From Promethearchaeia archaeon (GTDB taxonomy: Archaea > Asgardarchaeota > Lokiarchaeia > Sigyniarchaeales > SOKP01), in contig JAHQWJ010000120.1 of NCBI GenBank assembly GCA_029856125.1, positions 192,001 through 256,000 of the forward strand: a stretch of 64,000 bases of DNA, written 5' to 3'. The translations under genes were made by a program, and so were the position numbers. A model generated the notes under the pieces. It made no database searches, had not been told where the DNA came from, and was given only the letters and a program-made list of their open reading frames with translations. This document shows, piece after piece, positions 1 to 10,734 of this stretch. Position 1 is the stretch's first letter. Every line of letters starts with the position of its first letter.

Positions 1-1
1 C

Positions 2-859
2 CTTTGGGACGGAAATTGTGGAATGGGACATGTTATTGCGTATAAAGCCATGGAAACAGCAATTGAAAAAGCGAAAAAGTATGGACTAGGCTCCGTAGCA
101 GTCCGAAATTCAACTCATTTTGGTATCGCTGGTTACTATTCACTCATGGCAATTAAGGAAGGAATGATTGGTTTTGCGGTAACTAACGCGCGACCCTCTA
201 TGCCCCCCACATTTGGAGTTGAACCTATGCTTGGTACAAATCCTTTAACTGCTGGTGCGCCAACAGATGAGGAGTTCCCCTTCTTAATTGATTGTGCTAC
301 TACTATTGTTCAAAGGGGTAAAGTAGAGTTATATAATAGAATTAATAAACCTTTACCTGATGGTGTTGTAATAACAGACGAGGGAAAGACGGAAACTGAC
401 CCCGCTATTATATTGGAAAATATGAGTAAAGGTAAAGCTGCTTTACTGCCTTTAGGTGGTAAGGGAGAAGAAACTTCTGGTTATAAAGGTTATGGTTACG
501 CCACTTTGGTTGAATTGTTATCAGCAGCCTTACAAGATGGAATATATCTTAAAGACACAATAGGAATTGTAGAAGATGGTCAAAAAAGATTAAAAGTGGG
601 ACACTTCTTCTTAGCAATTAATATCGAGAGCTTTCTCCCTCTTGAAGTTTTTAAAAAAACAGCAGGAAACATCATGAGGGGTCTTCGATCTTCTAACAAA
701 GAACCTGGAGCAGACCGAATTTATACAGCTGGCGAAAAAGAATATGACGCGATGACAAGTAGAGGAAAAATGGGAATTCCTCTTAATAAAAGTTTACAAG
801 ACGATATAAAAACTATGCAGAAAGAATTAAGGTTGTTTAACTACAGTTTTCCATTCTAA
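2..859 (+). CDS. Ldh_2 family (malate/L-lactate/sulfolactate dehydrogenase-like) oxidoreductase, 5'-partial
   Basis: Frame is open from position 2 (LWDGNCGMGH...). Motifs VRNSTHFG, GTNPL and GYKGYG are typical of the Ldh_2/ComC family. Confidence 0.85.
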   Translation, partial: LWDGNCGMGHVIAYKAMETAIEKAKKYGLGSVAVRNSTHFGIAGYYSLMAIKEGMIGFAVTNARPSMPPTFGVEPMLGTNPLTAGAPTDEEFPFLIDCATTIVQRGKVELYNRINKPLPDGVVITDEGKTETDPAIILENMSKGKAALLPLGGKGEETSGYKGYGYATLVELLSAALQDGIYLKDTIGIVEDGQKRLKVGHFFLAINIESFLPLEVFKKTAGNIMRGLRSSNKEPGADRIYTAGEKEYDAMTSRGKMGIPLNKSLQDDIKTMQKELRLFNYSFPF

Positions 860-2314
860 TTATTTAAATATAACGCCCTCAGTGCGTCCTTTTATGGGTT
901 CAGAATGAAGAATTATCTCGTTTAAATTTTCTATTTTTAGCGTATTTTTTATTTGCTGCTCTACTTCTGTTATCAAAGTATGAACTCGCGATATATTGAG
1001 AGTACCGTCAAAAAACACATGAAGTTCGAGCATGCAAAAATCGAGGGCAGCCCAAAATTCCAAACCATGATAGCCTTTAACCTCTGGAATCGATTTCAAT
1101 AGACTATCTAAGGAAGATTGAATTGCTTTCTTCTTTTCAGGTTCAATAGGAGTGCATATTAGATGATCTGTTAAAGATTTTTTCAGCGTAGACTGGGATT
1201 CTAAGTGAGTAATTATTCTCGATATAAATGGAACTTGCTCCTTTAGTTGTTCTTCAAATAAACTGCTTAATTCGTGAGCCTCCTCTAATGATAAACTATC
1301 ATCAACAACTATAGCTAATGATAAGAAGTAATTGTTTTTAATTCTAAACACATTCAAGTCTTTAAAATCTGATATCTCTTTAAATTCACTTTTCATAGTA
1401 TACAGCAAATTAACTATTTTTTCTCCGAGCGAAGATTCTCCACTTAAAGGATTCATTTCAACTAATGTCTCTACATTATAAGACGGAAAAAATTTCTTGC
1501 TCAGCGCTCGAATATTTTTTGTAATTTCATTCGCATGTACTACAGATATATGGTCTTCAACAGAGAGTCTTATTTCTAAAAATAGAGTGTTACCACTAAA
1601 TCTCACTTTTAAATCCTCAACACCGTTTACATGATCAAGATTAAAAACACTTATCTTAATTTCTTCTATAATAAGTGAATTTATTGGGTTTACATCTAGT
1701 AAATCTTTAATTCCTTCTTTAGAAAGGATGATCGAACTTATAATTATCAATATGGAAAGAACAATACTAAAATAGGGATCTAAAAATTTTATGCCAAAAA
1801 ATAAAGCAATGAAAAAGTTAACTATAACTATAAGTGCTCGAAGAGAGTCTTGGAACAAATTTAAACCTTGAATTTTTAGGGATAAACTATTTTGTTTCTT
1901 TCCTTGCCATATTAATATTCTAGAAAATACTAAATTGATGATAAATGATATAATTAGAATAATAAAGCCCACATCGGGATTGATAATTCCATAGGAGCTT
2001 GTTACAATGGTTTGAATTGCTATAAAGATAAGAACGCTATAAACATTGATTAAAATAATACTTTGAACCAATCCACTTAACGAATCGATTTTAGAATGAC
2101 CGTACATATGTTCGAAATCAGGGGGTTTTTGACTGACATATATCGAATAGATCGTAAGAAAAACAAAAAAGATATCAGTAAGAGTATCAACTGTTTCAGA
2201 CAAAAAGCTTAAACTACCCGTTAATATAACTCCTGCTAACTTTAATGATGATTGGAGTAAAATGACGAGAAAAGCAATAATGCCATATTTGATCTTAATA
2301 TTCATAATTTTCAT
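860..2314 (-). CDS. Cation diffusion facilitator (CDF) transporter with three tandem C-terminal ZT-dimer domains
   Basis: About 6 TM helices, PPDFEHMYGHSK motif, and three repeats of the 'AHE...I/L.H.E.' C-terminal domain pattern. Confidence 0.85.
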   Translation of the reverse strand: MKIMNIKIKYGIIAFLVILLQSSLKLAGVILTGSLSFLSETVDTLTDIFFVFLTIYSIYVSQKPPDFEHMYGHSKIDSLSGLVQSIILINVYSVLIFIAIQTIVTSSYGIINPDVGFIILIISFIINLVFSRILIWQGKKQNSLSLKIQGLNLFQDSLRALIVIVNFFIALFFGIKFLDPYFSIVLSILIIISSIILSKEGIKDLLDVNPINSLIIEEIKISVFNLDHVNGVEDLKVRFSGNTLFLEIRLSVEDHISVVHANEITKNIRALSKKFFPSYNVETLVEMNPLSGESSLGEKIVNLLYTMKSEFKEISDFKDLNVFRIKNNYFLSLAIVVDDSLSLEEAHELSSLFEEQLKEQVPFISRIITHLESQSTLKKSLTDHLICTPIEPEKKKAIQSSLDSLLKSIPEVKGYHGLEFWAALDFCMLELHVFFDGTLNISRVHTLITEVEQQIKNTLKIENLNEIILHSEPIKGRTEGVIFK

Positions 2315-2395
2315 AGAATTTCTTATTTATGAATAAAAAGCTTAAATTAATACTGAGAATTAAATATTTGGCAATAAAAATAAAAAAAAAAGTTA

Positions 2396-3628
2396 TTATA
2401 GATCTCTGGGAATGCTAATTTCGAGATCTGTAATTGGATAAGAAGCACAAGGATGAAAATAGTTGAATTTTTTATCTGCACCTTTTCTCCAATCAGAAAC
2501 TGGATTTATATATACTTTACCAGCTATCAGAAGAGATCGACAGAAACCACATTCACCAGATCGGCATTTCGAGGGTGGATTTAAGTTTGCCCTTTCTAAA
2601 GCTATCAAAACAGACTCAGTAGCTATTGCAGGTATTTCCTTTGTTAAATCACCAATATGAACTTTTATCTTAAATATTTTCTCAGCAACTTCTTTAGGGA
2701 AATCTGGATGAGTTAGAATATCCTTTACTTCACCAAAGGCTTCTCTGCGAATTTGTTTAACCGGCAAGTTAAACTTTTTGAGCTCTTCCTCAACGAAATT
2801 ATACATGATTTGCGGACCGCAAATGAAAAAAGTACTTGACCTTGCATCGCAATATTTCTCAATTATCTCTTTTGTAATGAAACCCTTTTCACATCCTTCT
2901 AATGTAACAATATCGCTACTTAAAATATGAACAACTTTAATTTTCGCGGGATTTTTCTTTTCCATCTCTTTGAATTCGTCGTAGAAAATGATATCTTCCT
3001 CCTCGGAACTACCGTATAACAACATTAATTTAGCATCAATTGTCCCATCTATTATTGCTTTAGCTATCGATCGAAATGGTGTGATACCAGAACCTCCAGC
3101 AATTCCTACTATTTGGGTTAAATCTCTTAATTTTTCGTAATAAAAGAATCCTTCTGGTCCAGAGCTCTCAACCTTCGTACCTACTTTCCAATTATCCAAG
3201 ATATATTGCGTTAAAAATCCGCTCTCTTCTTTTCGAATAGTTAATTCGTAAAATCCTTTTAATGAATCTTTAGGCGACGATGCTATAGAATAGGGGCGAG
3301 TAATCCGCACTCCCTCTAAATCTACTTTTAAGCTTATGTATTGACCCGGTCTAAAGTAGGCTAATTCCTTTGTTTCAGAATCGGGATCTGGAACAAGATT
3401 GTAGGTTTTCGTAGATTTAGTTTCTTCTTTAATCCCGTCAATTAATAAATATTGTCTTTCAGGGTGTAATTTCCGCATTAGATCCATAATTGGATCTTCT
3501 CTTATTGGTTCACTCGAAGCTCTCTCGAATCTTTTTTTACGGTTAGACATCAGTTTAGTAAATGCAAATAAATCTCTTGTGTTGGATTTGACTGTTACCT
3601 CTAGTTTATCTTCGTTTTCTTTACTCAT
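2396..3628 (-). CDS. FNR-type NAD(P)H:flavin oxidoreductase with C-terminal 2Fe-2S domain
   Basis: RPYSIAS, AGGSGITP, FICGP and CRSGECGFC...C motifs. Overlaps the upstream gene by 4 nt. Confidence 0.9.
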   Translation of the reverse strand: MSKENEDKLEVTVKSNTRDLFAFTKLMSNRKKRFERASSEPIREDPIMDLMRKLHPERQYLLIDGIKEETKSTKTYNLVPDPDSETKELAYFRPGQYISLKVDLEGVRITRPYSIASSPKDSLKGFYELTIRKEESGFLTQYILDNWKVGTKVESSGPEGFFYYEKLRDLTQIVGIAGGSGITPFRSIAKAIIDGTIDAKLMLLYGSSEEEDIIFYDEFKEMEKKNPAKIKVVHILSSDIVTLEGCEKGFITKEIIEKYCDARSSTFFICGPQIMYNFVEEELKKFNLPVKQIRREAFGEVKDILTHPDFPKEVAEKIFKIKVHIGDLTKEIPAIATESVLIALERANLNPPSKCRSGECGFCRSLLIAGKVYINPVSDWRKGADKKFNYFHPCASYPITDLEISIPRDL

Positions 3629-5193
3629 ACTTTATCACGCTCCTTCAATATTTTTTGTAATGTTAATTGTGCCGACATCACTCCATCATTTAATGCACTA
3701 CTATACCCGTGTAATCGTCTGTTAAATCCTCCTGCAAATTCTAATCCTTCAATATAAACATCCCTACCCATACTCATTAATCTCGGTACCATTGAGTCCC
3801 AAGATTCAGGCTCATAACCATAAAATATTCCATTATATAGCTTTGCATATCTTGCGAAGGTAGCAGGAGTAGCAATTTCAATTTCTTCGATGTGTTCTCT
3901 AAGAGAGGTCCCGGTAGCTTTTTCAAACTTAGTTAGTAATTCTTCAGCTAATTTATTCTTGAGATTTACATAATCCTCGGGCTTGACATCTTTCCAAGCT
4001 TCGGGTCGAAATAGTGTCGTTATATTTAGTAAGCAAGTTCCTGGAGGTGAACAACCGGGAACAGCATTATTAAGAACAGTGCAAGCCAATCCTTTAGGAG
4101 CTTGAAGCTTCGTCCAAGAGTGATAAATGTCCTCAGTATTCATATTATTCATAATAAAGTAACCATAACTGTTCAATCCTAATTCCTCTGCTGAAGCGTC
4201 TAATCCCGCATAAAGAACAAAACCCGTTAATCCGTGGATTCGGGCATTAACGTCTTTATAAGCGATTTCTGGAACTTCTGACTGGGGATATATCAGTTGA
4301 TTATAAACTAGGGTTTGTGTAGCGTTAGAAATAACATAATTAGTTTTTATTTTATCCCCGCTAGAAGTTTCAACTCCAATAATTTTTCCTCCTTCAACCA
4401 GGATTTTGTCTACTGTAGTGTTATACTCAATTCTCCCTCCAAATTCTCGTATTTTGGCATCAATAGCTGTAGTATAACCATGGGACCGATCAGTAGGAAC
4501 CCATCCTCCAATTTCAGCATAAGTCAAGGTCATTGCTGCAAAGATTGTAAAATTCATCCTACTCATAGGGAGTCCTAAATAAGCCCAATACGCGTTTAAA
4601 ATTTGCTGTGCCTTTTCAGGAATTCCTAATGCGTTTTCTACTTCAGTAACAGAATAAGCTGCTGTTTTAAGAAAATTTGAATGTTCTCTAAGTAACACTC
4701 CTTGATCTGGCCTTCCTTTCATACTACCAATATACGCAAAAGCCTCCCCAATCTCTTCGGCAACTTTAAAAAAGTTTTCTACAGACTTTTTACTACCTGG
4801 TACCTCCTTTTCGATAGTATCGACAAAATTTTCAACTCCGAATGGCATTTGAACATCCATTTCCTCTCCAGGGTCGGTCGTGATAAGTCTAAATGCTTCT
4901 GGAACTTGAACGAATTTAGTATCTATTTTTAGTTTGTCTTCAAACATTCGTCTAATGCTTCCTTTATTCGATTCTGGTCCGAAACTAGCAAGTTCATGAA
5001 GCGATGTTTCAAATTCGAATCTTCCACGAACAAAGCTAGTAGCAACACCCCCAGGTAGATTATGTTGTTCTAAACATAAAACTTTTATTCCTTGCTTTGC
5101 TAAAAACGCCGTTGCGGCTAATCCGCCATTACCTGCACCAATAACTACCACATCATATGAATCCTCAATTCTCTGTTTTTTACTCTCGCTCAT
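3625..5193 (-). CDS. Phytoene desaturase/retinol saturase-like FAD-dependent oxidoreductase
   Basis: VVIGAGNGG, LEQHNLPGG..TSF.RG.FEFE and IATPATFARY motifs. Confidence 0.85.
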   Translation of the reverse strand: MSESKKQRIEDSYDVVVIGAGNGGLAATAFLAKQGIKVLCLEQHNLPGGVATSFVRGRFEFETSLHELASFGPESNKGSIRRMFEDKLKIDTKFVQVPEAFRLITTDPGEEMDVQMPFGVENFVDTIEKEVPGSKKSVENFFKVAEEIGEAFAYIGSMKGRPDQGVLLREHSNFLKTAAYSVTEVENALGIPEKAQQILNAYWAYLGLPMSRMNFTIFAAMTLTYAEIGGWVPTDRSHGYTTAIDAKIREFGGRIEYNTTVDKILVEGGKIIGVETSSGDKIKTNYVISNATQTLVYNQLIYPQSEVPEIAYKDVNARIHGLTGFVLYAGLDASAEELGLNSYGYFIMNNMNTEDIYHSWTKLQAPKGLACTVLNNAVPGCSPPGTCLLNITTLFRPEAWKDVKPEDYVNLKNKLAEELLTKFEKATGTSLREHIEEIEIATPATFARYAKLYNGIFYGYEPESWDSMVPRLMSMGRDVYIEGLEFAGGFNRRLHGYSSALNDGVMSAQLTLQKILKERDKV

Positions 5194-5273
5194 AATCTCT
5201 TTCTCTTTTTTATTAATTTTTTCAGATTATAATTTCATAATTCTTGATTTGTTTTAAAGAGTATAATAACTTT

Positions 5274-6656
5274 TTATAATTCATTTGGAATTACCTTGAA
5301 TACATAAACAGGAGATTCTGTTAAATTTTCAGGAATATTGATAACCAAATCTTGTTGATCCTGCTCCCATCTTAGTTGATTATCATAACCAAGCAACATG
5401 ATTTTTGAATTCTTAGGAATGGTTAATGTTAATATCTTTAACGTTTTTCCTATTGGGTTATTTAAAAGATGTATATACAATAATTCATTTTTATATGTAA
5501 ATCTAATTTCGAGTTTATCCAAAGTGTTGCCCTCAGCTCTTTCCCAAGGACGAGTGCCATAAATTCCCTCTCCGTTAATCTCTAACCACTGACCAATCCC
5601 AAGTAATACTTCTTTTTGAAGTTCAGGTATTGTTCCGTCTGGCATAGGTCCAACATTTAATAAAAGGTTCCCGTTTTTACTAACGATATCTACAAGCATC
5701 CTAATAAAGTCTTTTGAAGTTAAATAATCTCCTTCTTTTTCCGTTTTATTATACCCATAAGAATTTCCAATACCTCGATTTGATTCCCATTTCTTCTTTT
5801 TAATAATTCTATAGCTTTTATACTCGGGTGTAGTATAATCGTAAAAAAAAGTCCTATTCATCTTGTACACCTTACCATCTTTATGAAATATCTTATCCCA
5901 GCGATCATTTATTACACCATCTGGATACTTGTTATAATAGTATGCGAAAAGTTCGAAAAGATCAAGAAGAGGTGGTGCTCCGATGTCACTCCATAATATA
6001 GAAGGTTCGTAATCATCAATTAATTCATACCAGTGGTTTTTAACATATTCGGTATATTCAGGTGTAGTGATACCATTAATCATATCACTCGTACGAGCAT
6101 CAATTGGCTCCTGGTTGAAGGTCCAGTCAAAAGAGGTGGAGTAATAAAATCCCATTTTCATTCCTTTACTTTTTACCGAATTTGTGAGTTCACGAACAAT
6201 ATTTCTATTAGAAATATAGTTTTCTTTCATAGGATTTGGATACTTGCTTGGCCACAAAAGAAATCCATCGTGATGCTTTGTTACAAGCACTACATATTTG
6301 GCGCCTGCATTTTTGAATAATTCAGCCCATTCCTGTGGATTCCACATTTCTAATTCTTCGTTGAATATTGGTACGAAATCATCGTAAGAAAAGTCTTCAC
6401 CATATTCTTTATTGTGATACTCTTGTGTTAGACTTCCAGAAATCCTCAATGTATTAAGATACCACTCTGCATACGGATTATTTCTAAAGTAATATTCCTC
6501 TCCCACTTCTGGTGACTCTGTGAAGCTTAACCCTTTAGCTGCGAATGCAGGTACGGAATACAACCCCCAATGAATAAAAATCCCGAACTTTGCGTCTTGA
6601 AACCAATCAGGTACTTCATGCTTTCTAATTGATGTTTTTGTAGGTTCAAAATTCAT
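5274..6656 (-). CDS. Alpha-L-fucosidase (GH29)
   Basis: PDWFQDAKFGIFIHWGLYSVP, TKHHDGF, LWSD nucleophile, NGNLLLNVGP and NGEGIYGTRPW motifs. Confidence 0.93.
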   Translation of the reverse strand: MNFEPTKTSIRKHEVPDWFQDAKFGIFIHWGLYSVPAFAAKGLSFTESPEVGEEYYFRNNPYAEWYLNTLRISGSLTQEYHNKEYGEDFSYDDFVPIFNEELEMWNPQEWAELFKNAGAKYVVLVTKHHDGFLLWPSKYPNPMKENYISNRNIVRELTNSVKSKGMKMGFYYSTSFDWTFNQEPIDARTSDMINGITTPEYTEYVKNHWYELIDDYEPSILWSDIGAPPLLDLFELFAYYYNKYPDGVINDRWDKIFHKDGKVYKMNRTFFYDYTTPEYKSYRIIKKKKWESNRGIGNSYGYNKTEKEGDYLTSKDFIRMLVDIVSKNGNLLLNVGPMPDGTIPELQKEVLLGIGQWLEINGEGIYGTRPWERAEGNTLDKLEIRFTYKNELLYIHLLNNPIGKTLKILTLTIPKNSKIMLLGYDNQLRWEQDQQDLVINIPENLTESPVYVFKVIPNEL

Positions 6657-6937
6657 TGTTAAATTCTCTTAGTTTTTTTTCTTTTTATCTCAAATATGCA
6701 TGATTGCCTATTTATTCTAATAATTATAAAAAAAAATTGTTCTATTAAAAAATTATATTATTTAAAGTACTTTTCAATAGTAATAGTAAAAATCTTTTTA
6801 GAATGAGCCATTAATTGACATAAAACAGGAAAAGAAATCTCAAAAAATCTCTTAATGTTTCTCTATTACGCTTTTTCTAAGCATTTTAATAGGTTTTTAT
6901 TTACTAAAGAAAAAAAAAGATTTGGTTATTTTTTAAA

Positions 6938-7264
6938 TTATTCTGGTGGCTTGAGCCCTAAAATATCCATTGCTTCGATAACTGAGGACATGACTTCGAT
7001 CTGATATTTATAGCCTTCAATGCGCTCTGCGAAAAAAAGTAGCTGTTCATTTGCTTGGGCAAGATATTCTTTAAGTTTCCCTTCTTTTATTTCATCCGCG
7101 ATTACTACTTTGTATCCTTCTTTGGTTGCAGCGACAGCATTATTTAGGAGTCTCTTAGAAAGGGACTTATCTTCTGGAAATTTTTTCGAAGCTTCAATGA
7201 ACAATTTCCCTGTTTCAGAGGCTTTTGCATGAGGAAACCATACTGTAGTCATAACTATTACCAT
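6938..7264 (-). CDS. Small hypothetical protein (about 108 aa)
   Basis: ORF with ATG at 7264 preceded by an AAGGTGA RBS. The ORF track start at 7273 is the GTG within that RBS. Confidence 0.7.
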   Translation of the reverse strand: MVIVMTTVWFPHAKASETGKLFIEASKKFPEDKSLSKRLLNNAVAATKEGYKVVIADEIKEGKLKEYLAQANEQLLFFAERIEGYKYQIEVMSSVIEAMDILGLKPPE

Positions 7265-7519
7265 CAATATCACCTTAAATAATTAATATTTTATTAGATT
7301 CGCATCATTTTTTGACAAAAATGACAATAAATAGATGTGTTTTATCTGTATAAAAATATTGCTGCGATTTCAGAAAAATTTTAGAAAAAATCTTGTAACA
7401 GTGTTAACCTATATATTCCAATGCAAATTAATAGAAATTAATCATTTCAATAGGTTTTTACAAAATTAAGTACTTTTTTTTATCGTATAATTAAGAACAA
7501 ATAGAGATGTAATTTTAAA

Positions 7520-7978
7520 ATGAAAATAGAAGAAACAGAAAGAATTGGGAAAATCTGGTTTGAAGATATGTGGAGTAAACCAGATTTCGAAATAGCAGAT
7601 AGAATTATTGATCCAAATTATAAACCTGATTGGATTCACATTGATGCTATTGGCTCCGCTCTTGTGAAACACGAAATCGATCATTTTCGTTCAATTTTTT
7701 CAGATTTAGAACAAAAAGTAATTGAAATAAAAGGCGAAGAAAATAAGGTGTGGGTAAGGTATAAAGCCCACGCAACTCACATGGGTGATGCTTGGGGTTT
7801 TAAACCCACAAATAAAGAAGTTGATTTTGAAGCTGCGGCTATTTTGTACATTAATGAAAAGGGAAAAGTATACGATATGTGGGAAGCATATTGCTTTTAT
7901 GATATACTCACTAGTATGGGATTAGTTCCACCATTTTGGGAGTTACACAAATTTATTTTGGATTATAAATCAAAATAA
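7520..7978 (+). CDS. SnoaL-like ester cyclase (NTF2 fold)
   Basis: FSDL...I....KVWVRY..HATHMG..WGFKPTNKEV pattern. Confidence 0.85.
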   Translation: MKIEETERIGKIWFEDMWSKPDFEIADRIIDPNYKPDWIHIDAIGSALVKHEIDHFRSIFSDLEQKVIEIKGEENKVWVRYKAHATHMGDAWGFKPTNKEVDFEAAAILYINEKGKVYDMWEAYCFYDILTSMGLVPPFWELHKFILDYKSK

Positions 7979-8013
7979 AAAATATCAGTAATATGCTGCT
8001 CTCTTTAATAAAC

Positions 8014-9123
8014 TCATTCAATACAACCAGAATTTACTATTGAATTATAGTTTTCTCTGGTTTTCTTTGCATCATGCCCTGAACAAACCATTTGGCAAAA
8101 ACCGCAACTAGCTCGAAAATCTTCCACGGGTTTATCATTACGACCTATATATGAATTTTCAACTAGTCTATATACGTTTTCAGCTTCAGCACCACCCTTC
8201 TCAACAGCTTTAGCAAACATATTTTGAACATAACTTGCAACAGTATCATCAAGAGGAAGTCGTTCTATATCGTCGAACCGAAAGGGTGACCAAGTTGACC
8301 ATTCTTTAAACTTATTTTGTCCGGACATACCGGTACAAACAGCAATACAATAAGCATAATTATTTCGTTTAGCTATAGTCTCTTCAATTCCTGCAATAAT
8401 TATGGTTTCTTCATCATCTTTTGCAAAAAATCCTCCTTGACACGATTTTTCGCAGAGTCTACAGTTGACACACGGATTTTCTGCTAAAGGTTTATCAGCT
8501 TTTAATTTAGCCGTTGTAATAATCGAATTCAATAATACTCTTGCTCCATAATTTTCAGTGATTAAATTTCCACTCCATCCAATCCTTCCCACACCCGAAG
8601 CCACAGCAACACACCTGTGTGATAGAGAAGGTACAAGATTCATAGGCGTTTTTCTCAGGCCACCTAGCATCAACTTTTTCAATGAAGAAAGTGTTTTTTT
8701 TTCTTTTTCTGTTAGTTCCACGCTCTCATCTTTCTCTTTGTTTATTAGATCAATTAATGTTCTTAGCGTAGAAACTATAATTTTACCTTTAGTACCAATA
8801 TTTCTATAATCGTAATTACAATCGCAATTATATGCTTCAAAACCTTTTTCCTCGAGAAATAGTTTAATTTTTTCAGCTATTTTTTTCAGCTTCTTAGTAT
8901 TAAGACCTTCTTCAAGAAGCAATGGGTTATGATCTTCTTTAGAAAGGTATTTTTTTACTGCATCATCACTAAACTTCATAGCAATACTTATTACAGATTG
9001 AGCTCCGGGTAATAAAAAGTTTGGGTTAGAAAAATCTTTATCTTTAATACTATCGGCAGAGCAAATACCTACCAAATCCGCACCAACTTCTAAGGCTAGC
9101 TTTTTAATTTCTCCTTCAATCAT
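8014..9123 (-). CDS. QueG/reductive-dehalogenase-like corrinoid [4Fe-4S] protein (copy 1)
   Basis: GADLVG, LLPGAQSVIS, SHRCVAVASGVGRIGWSG, CVNCRLCEKSC and CGFCQMVC motifs. Confidence 0.8.
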   Translation of the reverse strand: MIEGEIKKLALEVGADLVGICSADSIKDKDFSNPNFLLPGAQSVISIAMKFSDDAVKKYLSKEDHNPLLLEEGLNTKKLKKIAEKIKLFLEEKGFEAYNCDCNYDYRNIGTKGKIIVSTLRTLIDLINKEKDESVELTEKEKKTLSSLKKLMLGGLRKTPMNLVPSLSHRCVAVASGVGRIGWSGNLITENYGARVLLNSIITTAKLKADKPLAENPCVNCRLCEKSCQGGFFAKDDEETIIIAGIEETIAKRNNYAYCIAVCTGMSGQNKFKEWSTWSPFRFDDIERLPLDDTVASYVQNMFAKAVEKGGAEAENVYRLVENSYIGRNDKPVEDFRASCGFCQMVCSGHDAKKTRENYNSIVNSGCIE

Positions 9124-9191
9124 AATAACTCACATAATGTAATTAATCAAATGATATAAAAAAAATTATTTTATTATCCAATTTTAATAAT

Positions 9192-10709
9192 TTAGCTGCT
9201 TGCTTGCCTTCTTGGAATTTTTGATTGAGCTTTTAAATTTTCATGCAATACCTTTGTTACTAGTCTTTCCTTTAAATCTCTATCCTTATCCCACAAATTA
9301 TTTAATTCATCGTGGTCATTTATACGATCATAAATATCGCCAACATCTTCTAAACCTGCATATACTGTGATTTTATGAGTTTCTGTAATTAAATGCCTTA
9401 AACGTATCGTTAATGATCCAAATTCTTCATCTTCCTCTACTAAGCAGCTATCTCTTACTTTTTCCTCGGGATTTTTCAGTACCGGTGTAAGATCAACTCC
9501 TTGAATAAATGGAGAATGAAGTCGGCTACGAATGTTTGTTAAATTTAAGATAGTTTTTGCAAAATCAATCGAGCTAGCTAAAGAATTTGTAATGCTTCCA
9601 GGTGTAGTTATTCCTGGAACTCTCATAATCAAAGGAACATTCAAAACCCCATTAAATGGCGAAGGTCCTTTATAAATCATACCGTGATCTCCCATTAAAT
9701 CCCCATGATCACTAGTATAAATTACTATTGTGTTTTCTGCATATCCCAATTTTTCTATACTTGCGAGAATTTTTCCAATAGCATTATCAATTAATGAAAT
9801 TGAACCATAGGTTAAGCGGATAAATTCCTTTACTTCATTTTCATCAGATTCTCGAAGCATAGCTCCACGAAAAAGTGGATTTTTTATTAATGGGCCTAAA
9901 AACTTATGGTTATATATATTTTTAATATCAGAAAAGGTAGAAGGGAGATTAATCTCATCAGGTTTGTACATATCCTTATATTCACCCGGAGGACAGACGG
10001 GATGATGGGGGTCTGGAATGGAACAACAGAGAAAGAATGGTTTTTCTCCAAATTCTCCTTTTGAATGTTTTTCTAAAAATTTTATGGTTCTCTCTTGACA
10101 ATATGTAGTTGGATAATGCTCAACAGCCATATCGCTTTCATAATAGACTTGGTCAAAAAATTTTAATGATAATCTTTTACGCATCCAGGCTGTAGCTCCT
10201 GGACGTAATTCCTCTAACCAATCTAAATAATTTCCGCCACATAAATCACCGTGACCTAAAGTAATTTCACTTTCTTCAAAGCCATAATATGGTTTAGGAA
10301 AGTTTTCTTTTGCATCCTTTGATGTTTCTTTACCCATCCAATCTGCTATCATTTCGACAGATTTTGTTTTTCGTTTAAAAGGGGGGATATAAAACTGTAG
10401 ATGCATTTTACCTACATTATGAGTAATATAACCGCTTTTTCGCATAGCTTCAACAAAGGTTTCAACGGTATCTGGTAAATTTATACCATTGCTTCGGCAA
10501 CCATGAACGTTAGGATAAACTCCCGTAAAAATAGACGATCTATTTGGCATACACATTGGGTTAGCGCAAAAAGCATTTGTAAATCTAATCCCTTCTTTAG
10601 CTAGTCTATCTAAGTTGGGTGTTTTCACAACAGGATTCCCTGAACAGCTCATATGATCAGCTCGATGCTGATCTGTCATTATAAATAAAACATTCATATT
10701 TTTACTCAT
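9192..10709 (-). CDS. Cys-type sulfatase
   Basis: NVLFIMTDQHR, formylglycine motif CMPNR, GKMH, PDPHHP and YTSDHGD motifs. Confidence 0.92.
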   Translation of the reverse strand: MSKNMNVLFIMTDQHRADHMSCSGNPVVKTPNLDRLAKEGIRFTNAFCANPMCMPNRSSIFTGVYPNVHGCRSNGINLPDTVETFVEAMRKSGYITHNVGKMHLQFYIPPFKRKTKSVEMIADWMGKETSKDAKENFPKPYYGFEESEITLGHGDLCGGNYLDWLEELRPGATAWMRKRLSLKFFDQVYYESDMAVEHYPTTYCQERTIKFLEKHSKGEFGEKPFFLCCSIPDPHHPVCPPGEYKDMYKPDEINLPSTFSDIKNIYNHKFLGPLIKNPLFRGAMLRESDENEVKEFIRLTYGSISLIDNAIGKILASIEKLGYAENTIVIYTSDHGDLMGDHGMIYKGPSPFNGVLNVPLIMRVPGITTPGSITNSLASSIDFAKTILNLTNIRSRLHSPFIQGVDLTPVLKNPEEKVRDSCLVEEDEEFGSLTIRLRHLITETHKITVYAGLEDVGDIYDRINDHDELNNLWDKDRDLKERLVTKVLHENLKAQSKIPRRQASS

Positions 10710-10734
10710 TTTATATCCTTCTCTCTCTATTTTT

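Noticed and set aside
7305-7324. Palindrome TCATTTTT-TGAC-AAAAATGA in a divergent promoter
   Set aside because: Mostly A/T homopolymer, easily arising by chance in this genome.
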